Shown here in pieces: positions 24,310-34,022 of a DNA stretch of 64,000 nt. Below the pieces are notes generated by a model. That model did not search any database, was not told the DNA's origin, and saw nothing but the letters and a program-made list of their open reading frames with translations. The stretch covers positions 1-64,000 of the forward strand of contig NW_027191475.1 in assembly GCF_011745625.1 (NCBI RefSeq), in the 5' to 3' direction. The stretch is from Cladosporium halotolerans (lineage: Eukaryota). Each line of letters starts with the position of its first letter. Position 1 is the first letter of the stretch. The position numbers were made by a program, and so were the translations under genes.

Positions 24310-25241
24310 GCTTTCATGTAGATGCCAGTGGCTAATGGCTGGTCAATTCTTCCGCTTTGGCACTTCTTTCGGCGATGTAGCAGCTGGTCTGATGGGGAGC
24401 AAGCTATTGTTGCTGGCTTGCAGTAGGTTGGTGCAAGAGGAAATCACTGATGATCGAATACCGAGCAAAAGGCGCAACTGCAGCCTGGCTGGCGTTGTGC
24501 TGTGAATACGCTCGCGTGCACGTGTCTTGTCGCGTTTGACCGTGATGAACACTAGAAGTAAATTCACTGGAAGTTGGTAGGCTTGCGTACAAGCAGGTGA
24601 ATGACTAGGTAATTACCAGATTTGGCCATGTCGCCTCATCGCTGCTGCCTCCGTCTTGACAGGGAATGTAGTAGCAATACAGTTGCTAAAAGCAACATAC
24701 CGGAGCTACCCTGAAATTTGACACTTGCCAGGGACAATTTGATGAAATGAGAGCAGAGGCTTTTGACATTGTTGGAAGGTTAAGCACGAATGATCACCGA
24801 CTCAGTCATTGACTAATAGACAAGCCATCAGGTAGTAGCATTGCTCGTCGTCTCAACATGTGCCTTCGAAAGTCCAGTCCAGTAAAGGGTAGCCACTCAC
24901 GTGCGAGCAGACCCTTTTCTAGGGTGTAAAAGAAATGGTTTACAGTTCACTGATGCGGTGATGTCAAAGGCAGCCGTTGACGCCGTTTTGCAGTCCCGGA
25001 AACCGGGAAAGGAGAGGCTTGGCCCAGCGTCAGGAATTTGGGCAATCATCGTCATCAATGTTTACGAGCTCGAACATCAAGACTTAACGCGTTGACGCTC
25101 GCTCTATAATAGCAGAACTCCGCAGTGTATACGCCGCACGGTGAGAACTGCAGTACCTGACTTTGCGTGGTCCGCCCTATCACGAGTCTGCACTTTTCTG
25201 ACACCATCGACCCCGACACTCACTTTCACACCAACATCACC

Positions 25242-26032
25242 ATGAGCACAATGGATATTCCACTGGACATTGCAAAAAATGCATCGGACCTTCTCACCAA
25301 TCCGCCGCAGCCTTACTATCCTCTGGGCGCTACCGTTCCTGGCTATCTCGCGAATGTGACAAGCGTACCCATCCTCCTCAGCGCTTTCTTCGGAGCCTGC
25401 ACCGTCCTTTTCACCGCCACTCACGTGGTCTCCAAGCGTTATCAACCAACCCTTTCCAATATCGAGCTCCTCACTGTCATGTGGTTCGTGCTCTCCGGCG
25501 CAATCCATATTTTCTTCGAAGGCTACTACGTCGTCAATTTCCTGGACATCGGCGCACACCAGACATACATTGGGCAAATGTGGAAAGAATATGCGTTCTC
25601 GGACAGCCGCTACTTGACCCAGAACGCTTTCGTGCTGTGCATGGAGAGCATCACCGCAGCTGCTTGGGGCCCTGGCTGCCTGCTCGTAGCCGCGCTGGTT
25701 GTGCTGCGTCACCCCATGAGGTTTCCTCTCCAGTTGCTGGTGAGCATGGGCCAGTTCTACGGCGATGTCCTGTACTATGGTACTGCGGCTTTCGAGCATA
25801 TCGTCAACGGCATCAGTTACTCTAGACCGGAGGCATTCTATTTCTATTTCTACTTCGTCTTTATGAACGCCATTTGGATCATCATCCCCGGTGGTGCGTA
25901 AATCTTCTCTAACCAAGGAACGAATTGGTGTGCTAACGTTTGTCTCTAGCATTGATTTACCAGAGCATTATGCGATCAGCAGACGCCGTGGCACTTTCGC
26001 AGCGTCTGGAATCCTCTAAGAAGTCGAAATAG
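25242..26032 (+). CDS. EBP: Emopamil-binding protein (EBP/EXPERA) sterol delta8-delta7 isomerase-like; intron 25894-25949
   Basis: WFVLSGAIHIFFEGYY, GQMWKEYAFSDSRYL, CMESITA, GQFYGDVLYY, YFVFMNAIWIIIPG. The spliced end KKSK* is a KKxx ER-retrieval signal. Confidence 0.9.
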
Positions 26033-26608
26033 AACATCGGCAAGGATTACAGGAGCGTGGGCTGGCTTGTGTCTGATGGCAAAATCTGTCTTTAATGCTG
26101 TTGGCGTGAGAAAGCAAAATGGACTGCATAAATGGTAGCAAGGAGTTTCTAGAGAAGCCTACACCAAGACATTGTTAGGGTCAGTGGGAGACCCAATACA
26201 CTGTAGACTTAATCATAATACACGTAATTGAACATGGCTTCAACGCCGGTCGTACTGCACGAGTGAATACGTGCGCCTCTCACCTTCTGGCATCGCGAAT
26301 CGTCCTGCAAGTGGCAATGGCGAGTGATATAATTTGCAGGATTCTCATTGATTTGTTCTACAAAGACTACAGTAACGTACTTGTCCTCCATACATAGACC
26401 ATTGGCCTGTTGCGTTCATTTTCCGATTTCCGATTTTCGATTCTCATATTTCCGTTTCCGTTAATGATCGTGATGTCGTCGAGACTTGTTAACTAACGCT
26501 CGGGCTGCCCTTCATGGTCATTACAAGGTCCTAATTTCGTAAGGCATCTGTCCATCCAGAAGAAGATTATTCACAGCCTCGGGAGCCTTCGCTGGCGTTC
26601 GTACATGT

Positions 26609-26634
26609 AAAAAAAAAAAAAAAAAAAAAAAAAA
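26609..26634. repeat. Poly(A)26 homopolymer
   Basis: 26 consecutive A between the convergent EBP and wall-protein genes. Confidence 0.9.
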
Positions 26635-26704
26635 GGTCAAGTTGTTGCCATGGCATACAGCAAATCCGAATCTGTCACGCTTCTTTGTCGACTAGGTGAT
26701 CAGT

Positions 26705-28291
26705 CTAGAAGAAAGCGGCCATGCCGATGGCACAGACAATGAGCGCGATCGGAGCGGACTTGGCCACACCAGCGTTGACAGTCTGCTCTGCGGGTGCAGC
26801 AGGAGTGGTACCACTCGGACCCACGGGTGAGGTCTCGTTGCCAGCTGGGAAGGGAGCCTCAGGGGTGGCTGCGGGAGCGCTCGGGACAGGACTGGACGCC
26901 ATGGTCGTCGGGACGGGAGCGACAGGAGTGGCATAAGAGGACTGCTCAGGAGCCGGCGGTGCCTCGGGAGAAACAGGGGTTGACGGTGCAGGCGGAGCTG
27001 CAGTCGGGGCCTCCGGCGCAGGAGGGGCGGCAGGGGGGGCTTCTGGCGCAGGAGGGGCTTCCGGCGACTTGGGAGTCTCGGGCGCAGGAGGGGCGGCAGG
27101 GGGGGCTTCTGGCGCGGGAGGGGCTTCCGGCGACTTGGGAGTCTCGGGCGCAGGAGGAGCAGCAGGCGGGGCCTCGGGAGATTTGGGAGTCTCCGGGGCG
27201 GGAGGAGCCTCAGGCGCAGGAGGGTAGACGGGAGGCGCTTCAGGAGCGGGAGGAGCCTGGGTCGGGGCCTCGGGCATGACAGGCGCTACCGGCGTAGTCT
27301 CCTCGGGCTTGGTCTTGGTGACACTGACAGCAGTGGAGTAGGTCGAGGTGAGAGTGGAGTAGGTCATGTATGTCGAGGTTTTCTCCTCAGTGCCGGATGT
27401 GATGACCGAGGTGGCCGGGCAGTAGGTCGTGTACACAGTAGTGTCGATAGTGACGGTGGTGTGCTCAGGAGGGCTAGTTGGTGCCACTGGGATGGGAGTG
27501 GTGCTATTTGGGCTTGGGTAAGGCACCGGGTGAGTAGGCTCGACGGGCTTGGTAGGCTTGACGGGCTTGGTAGGCTTGACGGGCTTGGTAGGCTCGACGG
27601 GTTTTGTAGGCTCGACGGGCTTCGTAGGCTCGACAGGCTTGGTTGGGTACTCGGTCGGCTTCTCAGGCTCGACGGGCTTGGTGGGCTCGACAGGCTTGGT
27701 GGGCTCGACAGGCTTGGAAGGCTTGCTGGGGTACTCGGTCGGCTTCTCAGGCTCGACGGGCTTGGTGGGCTCACTCGGGTACTCAGAGGGCTTCCATGGC
27801 TTGCTAGGGTACTCGGTCGGCTTCTCAGGCTCGACGGGCTTGGTGGGCTCGACAGGCTTGGAAGGCTTGCTGGGGTACTCGGTCGGCTTCTCAGGCTCGA
27901 CGGGCTTGGTGGGCTCGCTCGGGTACTCAGAGGGCTTCCATGGCTTGCTGGGGTACTCGGTCGGCTTCTCAGGCTCAACAGGCACGCTGATCGAGGACGA
28001 GGTGGTCGGCTCGATCGGGTGGGTGTAAATCACCGGAGTGGTAGAGGTATAAGGAACGGGAGCGGTTGGCTCGACGGGGAGCGAAGGCTCGTAGCCATCC
28101 TTGGAGGAGTACTTCGGAGGTTCGACGGAGGTAGTCTTTTCACCGTAGCCTTGCGGTTTCTCTCCCCAAGAGTTCCCACCGCCGTAACCAGCAGGCTTAT
28201 CATCGTAGGAAGGCGGCGCACCGTGGTCGTCACCGGCAATTGCAACGGCCACCGCCGCCAGGCTGAGGATGGCAACCTTTGAAAGCATCAT
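26705..28291 (-). CDS. Secreted repetitive Pro-rich, probably GPI-anchored, cell wall protein
   Basis: Signal peptide MMLSKVAILSLAAVAVA; PTKPVE/PEKPTEYPSKP repeats; TTVYTTYCP flocculin-type motif; APEAPP repeats; C-terminal NAG + hydrophobic GPI signal. Confidence 0.88.
   Translation of the reverse strand: MMLSKVAILSLAAVAVAIAGDDHGAPPSYDDKPAGYGGGNSWGEKPQGYGEKTTSVEPPKYSSKDGYEPSLPVEPTAPVPYTSTTPVIYTHPIEPTTSSSISVPVEPEKPTEYPSKPWKPSEYPSEPTKPVEPEKPTEYPSKPSKPVEPTKPVEPEKPTEYPSKPWKPSEYPSEPTKPVEPEKPTEYPSKPSKPVEPTKPVEPTKPVEPEKPTEYPTKPVEPTKPVEPTKPVEPTKPVKPTKPVKPTKPVEPTHPVPYPSPNSTTPIPVAPTSPPEHTTVTIDTTVYTTYCPATSVITSGTEEKTSTYMTYSTLTSTYSTAVSVTKTKPEETTPVAPVMPEAPTQAPPAPEAPPVYPPAPEAPPAPETPKSPEAPPAAPPAPETPKSPEAPPAPEAPPAAPPAPETPKSPEAPPAPEAPPAAPPAPEAPTAAPPAPSTPVSPEAPPAPEQSSYATPVAPVPTTMASSPVPSAPAATPEAPFPAGNETSPVGPSGTTPAAPAEQTVNAGVAKSAPIALIVCAIGMAAFF
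26995..27250 (-). repeat. Coding minisatellite: 66-bp (PETPKSPEAPPAPEAPPAAPPA) units
   Basis: ccggcgacttgggagtctcgggcgcaggagg at 27061 and 27127. Confidence 0.9.
27540..27980 (-). repeat. Coding minisatellite: 18-bp PTKPVE units nested in a 144-bp (48 aa) duplication
   Basis: gggtactcagagggcttccatggcttgct recurs 144 bp apart (~27777 and ~27921); many gggcttggt(g/a)ggctcgac units. Confidence 0.9.
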
Positions 28292-30975
28292 ATGCTTATG
28301 CGTAAGTGTCGGGCACGTGATCGTTTTGGATCAAGTCCCACGATGATTCAGAAGAGCGAGAGTAAATGAGACCGTAACGAAAGAGTCTCGAATCAAAGTG
28401 AGGCGGGTAATTTCTCACTGACCAACCTGCCTTGCAGGCGACCTTGATATATCTTTCGAGAGCTTCCCTCTCGAACACCATCACGTCAAGCTAATGCACG
28501 TCCCAGCCCGCGTGTACAACAATGCAACGTATAGGCGGGAAGGCAAAGGTACCTAGAAACGTGACGTGGTAGGCTGTAGGGTTCAATAGCGAGAAACGCT
28601 GCTGCATTGGTCGAGCCAATCGCTTTGTCAGGAATGAAGTTAGGTCAACAACTAAGGCCACCCAGGAAGCTATCCCGGTCAAGCGGCCCAGCGGGACGAG
28701 AGAACAGGGTTCGAAAGCCATCGTTCCACAAACGGGCAGGCTGTTGCTTGGGGGCTGGTGCTTGGGAGACGGGCGCAGGTCAAGGCCACCAGCCAGGAAC
28801 AGGAAAGGTCTGGCTTCGATGGTCGCCATGAGAGACCATGCAATGGAAGGATTTACAGCTCGAAAAAAGGTTTGTTGTCCAGCGAATTCGCCGTTACTCT
28901 GTCACGGTGGCTGGCAAGAGCACGGTGTAGGCGCCTCGCCCCTAGACACGCGCGCTCGTGTGACCTGATCGCCCAGCATCTCGTTTCCGAAAGAAGAGAA
29001 AGCGCAAAGTGGAGGCCGACGTTTTCTCGCCAGAGCCGAAGGCACAAGGCCCGCCGGGGCATCCGCAAAACCCGCAAAACCCCAGAAACTAGCGCGTTGA
29101 ATCGAGCGGAGAGGTGGTCAGGAATAGTAATCGGACAGCTCCGCAGATCGCAGTGGACCGTTCACCTTCTGGCGCCGACCGATACATAGACGCCGTTGGC
29201 CTTCGCCTTGTGGGTGAAGACTACTGTACAACGCTCAGCACCCGTCTCTGAGGACGTTGTCACTTCATGCTAGATGCTTGCCATCCGAGAGCTGGCAAAG
29301 GTTGTCAAAGTGCTTACCAGCGAGCCGCCCTTGCGCGTCGCTCACGCAAACCTAGGAAGCGGTTGCCGAGAGTAACTGCTCGCAAGGTTCCCTGGCAGCT
29401 GCAGGTCCCGGGGTTGGTCGGTTGTTCGCCCGCTCGTCTGGCTGCAGGAACACGAGACCAAGGAAGCCAATCACGCTAGTTGTCGCGAGGAAGCCATCGG
29501 TGCGTTTCCCCAGACTACCAGAATAATATCCGGATGCAACCGATCAGGCCCGCGGCTTGCGATCCGGCATGGCATTCCAAATCCGTATTTTGCAATGAAC
29601 TCGTGAAGGTTCGCTATGATCCAACAATTCGCGTCGAATTCTTGGGTGATTTTCGCAGCTGCAAATTGAACCTGCCTGCTATGGGAAGGTAAGCTGTCCC
29701 AGAGCTCGGAGCTGTTACTGTATGTGCTTATGTGGTTGAAGAGCTTGCATCGCAGCCCCGCACGATGGGCAGGGGACAGAAACTCTAACACACTTCAATG
29801 GCCCTCGGTGCCAATCGCCAGCACAATTTAGCGAGTCGTGGTACTTTCTAGACGTGGGGACATCGGCGATGGTACAGTTCTGATCCCGACCCAGAGAGTA
29901 ATGCCCAATGAGGCGATCGCTTCCCCCTAGGCAAGAACAATTAATATGTTGAGAACTCCAAGCAATAGCGATGGCGCGATGTGCAAATGCAATGGCGCAT
30001 GGTAATCTTCGTTCGAACGGCTTGCTTGTAAGCAGACCGCAAAGCAGCATAGTCCCGACTGCTCACGATTCGCTATCAGACGCAACAACCCATCAGCTTT
30101 AGACTCAGCTTCACTGGCTGAGTGTCATAAGCATCTACAATTCCGTTGAGCACACTGCTTACGTCAAGTTTCAAGCCGCAGCTGCCAGGCTTCTTCCCAT
30201 GGTCATCATGAAGTCAAAAGGTGCCTCGCCGTTTCAGATCATGAGCTTACTGCGTACGAACAGCGAAAGCTTCACTGTCAGCCGCGATCCGCCCAACAGC
30301 CAACTCATGCCTCTTGTTGGCCACTGAACGTGTGTTTTGTCCGGATGCCTGCTTCGGATCGACGAATGGCAACCGCGAACAACATGACGCATAGATGGAT
30401 GTCTGTGAGATCCTGATCTTGCCGAGTCCATAGCACGTGCAGCCATCTTGTAGTGGCTGTACCCTCGTCGCAACCAATGGCGTATCCTCTATCTATTTCT
30501 TTGGCTTGGATTGTAACAATACCGCCCTGCGCAAAGACATTCATTGAATTCGCTGCATTGATCGAATTGACGGAGATGTGACCCAAGCCCAGAAGTTGCG
30601 GCGGTTCTCCCAGTGAGTGTGCGGGTACGAGGATTAGCTTACAGTAGTCTGGGTGGCACTGGACGGATGCCTCGGCGCAATAGTATTTGCGAGTCACAGT
30701 ATGATGAAGCCAGATGTTCCTAGTGATATGGGTTGTATTCGTCAAAGTGTTGGACGTGATAGTTGTGAGTGACTGTGAAGGAAGCTGAAGGTCGGCCACT
30801 GGTGCAATTTTTCCGAACTTCGAGAAACAGCGCGTCGCTGGACCTCACGCTTTGACATCAAGACATCACGACCTCGCTAACCATCATATCACCGTTTCAA
30901 CAGGATGAACAATGGTCCACAGAGTTCTGCATGATTAATGAACATCCGTAACTTTGGAAAAAAGGCCTTTTGAGA

Positions 30976-32538
30976 ATGCATGAAATCATCACACTCCAGT
31001 TCGGCCAGCAGGCCAATTACCTTGGCACTCACTACTGGAACACCCAGGAATCCTATTTCACTTACTCCGACGATCCTTCAGCAGAGGCGTCTCCCATCAA
31101 CCACGATATTTCATTCCGCCCTGGGCTAGCACCCGATGGTTCCGATACGTACACCCCACGCACTCTGCTCTACGACCTCAAGGGAGCTTTCGGTACTTTG
31201 CGCCGCGAAAATGCGCTCTACGAGATTCAGCAAGAAGGCGACCCATTACAGCAAAACACATGGGGAAGAACTGCGACACAGATGCGTTTGCCGAGGATTG
31301 AGCCCAGCCCCTATCAGCAAGCACTGGACGCCGGCTCAGAACTACCGAGTCTCACAACGGAGAGTGTAAGATTCTGGTCCGACTACAACCACGTCTTTTA
31401 TCACCCAAAGAGTATCGTTCAACTGCATGAGTATGAAGTCAACAGCTCATTAATGCCTTTTGAGCGATTTGCCACCGGCGAAGAACTCTTCGCCAGCCTG
31501 GATCGTGAGCACGATCTGCTGGACCGAGACCTTCGCCTATTTCTGGAAGAATGCGATCAATTTCAAGGCTTGCAGATCTTTTCAAGCACAGATGATGCGT
31601 GGGGAGGCTTCACTGCGCGGTACATGGAGCGCGTGGCAGACGAACTGGGCAAATGTCCGCGGTGGGTGTTTGGTTTGGAAGAGGGCAAGAGCACAACGAG
31701 GGACAGAAGGATGCTCCAAGTATCGAACGCTGCGCAATCGATGCATTCCGTCGTACCACACTCCAGCCTCTACATACCGGTGTCGACCTTGCCAGATCGC
31801 CTCCCGTCCACTTTGACGGTGGATGCTAGCAGTCGCTGGCATACATCGGCCTTACAAGCAGCGGTTGTGGAGACCCTGACGCTACCAGCTCGCCTAAAAG
31901 ACGATGAGCAGGGTCAGGCTCGCTTGGATGAGCTCGAGATGACACTCGGGGGCGACGGGAGGCGCCCGATCGTTGACGCTACGCTATCATTCGACAACCC
32001 AGCAAACCTGAGCGGCGGCGCCGCCGCAGATACAGCGCATGATGTGCGTCTGGCAAATGGCTCGGCGCGTGGTGCATCGGAGGAGGACAAGAGTCCAGTG
32101 ATCGATTTCCTCCCCGAAGTCCCCCGGCCTGTGGGTAGACAAGCGCCTTCCAGCCGCCCCAAAATCTTCACGAAATTTGAGTCCGCTCGAGGTCCTTGGA
32201 ATTCATCACTCGAGATACAGGAAGCGAATCTCACATCCCGCGACCGTTTTGCTCCGGGTGCCCGACGTACTATTCGTCAAACATCACTACTCTATCCCAT
32301 CCTATCATCTTCACCAAAGATCTTCCAATTACCTGGGAATCTGGATAAGATTGCTGTGACTGCATCTCTTGCCACATCTACTAAGGTTGCAAAACACGTA
32401 CGGGACATGGCTGGTTTCGCAAGAGTCGCATACGGAGTTGATGAGAGGGAGGCGGTCTACGATGGCCTGTCGGGGGTAGCGGAGGAGTACGAAGAGGGGT
32501 TCAGTGACCTAAGTAGTGAGGAAAGCGATGGTGAGTAG
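30976..32538 (+). CDS. DML1: Dml1/Misato tubulin/FtsZ-like mitochondrial inheritance protein
   Basis: MHEIITLQFGQQANYLGTHYWNTQESYFTY, TYTPRTLLYDLKGAFGTLR, VRFWSDYNHVFYHPKS, EECDQFQG, DDAWGGF, WHTSAL. Confidence 0.95.
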   Translation: MHEIITLQFGQQANYLGTHYWNTQESYFTYSDDPSAEASPINHDISFRPGLAPDGSDTYTPRTLLYDLKGAFGTLRRENALYEIQQEGDPLQQNTWGRTATQMRLPRIEPSPYQQALDAGSELPSLTTESVRFWSDYNHVFYHPKSIVQLHEYEVNSSLMPFERFATGEELFASLDREHDLLDRDLRLFLEECDQFQGLQIFSSTDDAWGGFTARYMERVADELGKCPRWVFGLEEGKSTTRDRRMLQVSNAAQSMHSVVPHSSLYIPVSTLPDRLPSTLTVDASSRWHTSALQAAVVETLTLPARLKDDEQGQARLDELEMTLGGDGRRPIVDATLSFDNPANLSGGAAADTAHDVRLANGSARGASEEDKSPVIDFLPEVPRPVGRQAPSSRPKIFTKFESARGPWNSSLEIQEANLTSRDRFAPGARRTIRQTSLLYPILSSSPKIFQLPGNLDKIAVTASLATSTKVAKHVRDMAGFARVAYGVDEREAVYDGLSGVAEEYEEGFSDLSSEESDGE

Positions 32539-32662
32539 ACGGCAAACATGAGAATATGATTCAATGACCATCTCGCCGGGCACACTTCACTTTGTAACTA
32601 TGATCCCTTTGGCAGCTGCTCATCGCCATGGCCCTCCCACCGAAGACAAGCCTATTCAAGCC

Positions 32663-33298
32663 CTACCATTCATCATCCTCAGTCCGCAAAACAGGCTTCA
32701 TATCGATCCCGAAATCATCCATCTTCGTCGCGAGATCCACGACCTGCTCCTTGCTCCAATGCTCCATGATTCTGTCGGAGGTTGTGTCCAGCAAAGCTTC
32801 CATCGATTCTGTCCTCTCGTCCTCCATCGCGGATAGCGTGCGCTCGAGCTCCATGAAGATCTGATTGGCCGGTTCTTCGATGGCTTGATTGAGGGGCACC
32901 CCGCCATAGGTGCCAGTGGTGTGGTTGAAGAGTCGCCCGCTGTTAGAGAGGTTGTTGATGCTCTCGTGTACCCTGTCACGGCTTTGACTCTGGTACATCT
33001 CGTTGAGCACTTCCATGCGGGTGCGAGTGGTCACCTCGATGTGGTTAACTGCTCTGAAAACGAGCGCTTCGATATCGGCGTCCTCCTGGGTGGCGTCGTG
33101 GAGGATGGCGGAGTAGGAGTCGGCCTGCGCGTCTGTGAGGTACTCCTTCCAGGCCTCGAGCTCCTCAGCCAGGAGGTCGCGGAGGCGAGGGACGAGAGCG
33201 ACGGCCTGGGGTCCGTCCATGGCCACGATGCGCTCCAGGGTGGTCGCCAACCACAACTCCTCGGGCTGGATAGTGGTGATAACGTCGAGGGAAGACAT
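32663..33298 (-). CDS. Hypothetical acidic helical protein
   Basis: Open frame MSSLDVITTIQPEELWL...RTEDDEW with a coding-like GC3 bias, preceded by a pyrimidine-rich leader. No domain recognised. Confidence 0.6.
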   Translation of the reverse strand: MSSLDVITTIQPEELWLATTLERIVAMDGPQAVALVPRLRDLLAEELEAWKEYLTDAQADSYSAILHDATQEDADIEALVFRAVNHIEVTTRTRMEVLNEMYQSQSRDRVHESINNLSNSGRLFNHTTGTYGGVPLNQAIEEPANQIFMELERTLSAMEDERTESMEALLDTTSDRIMEHWSKEQVVDLATKMDDFGIDMKPVLRTEDDEW

Positions 33299-34022
33299 TG
33301 TTGTTGATGGTATGAGCTTGAGGAGAAAAGGTGTGATGAGAGATAGTGGTGCGGTTGAGAAAGTCAGGAGCCGGCATTTGAAAGATATGACTTTGCCACA
33401 ACGCGACACTGTCACGTCCACGCAGTGAAGAAGGAAGGAGCGCGTGGAGTTCAATACACGTGAAGGTCAAGTGTGTCTTCACTCGCAATCCAGCTGTCCC
33501 GGCTTTTGCGTGAACGACAGCAGTGAAGTGCTGCTCCCTTTCTCGTCCAACACTGCCTTCGATGTTATACCATTTCAATGACTTCACCATCGATCGTATC
33601 GACGACTCTTTATATTTCTCGCAAGTTTATCAACGCTGTTGGCTTGACGATGGCGGTCAAATGAGCGGTATTCGACTGAGAAGCTCGATGTAGACTATTA
33701 AAGGTGGAAACCTAGATATCATGACAGTCACATTGATCGCAGAACGTATGACCATTTGACGACTATCATGCGAGCCTCACACTGTAAGCGATGTATCGCG
33801 ATCTCTGCTGACGCCCTCAAGGGATAAAACTCAGATGAACAACTTCCCGCAGGCCCGGACTCCTTGTGTAGACAAAATACCATTGATGAAGAACAGACGT
33901 ACACGAGCGATGGCAAGACAATATAAACATACAAGGGAATCCATTGGGTCATATACATGCAACTAAACAACTAAGATTCATCTATCCATAGGACAAACAA
34001 TCCCATCCCCTGCAATGCAGAA

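Noticed and set aside
26609..26634. Poly(A)26 as the tail of a retrocopy/SINE
   Set aside because: No flanking target-site duplication or upstream element body was seen. It is compatible with a simple 3'-UTR homopolymer.
30305..30799. 164-aa minus-strand ORF divergent from DML1
   Set aside because: Non-ATG start, no recognisable motif, and no convincing exon model.
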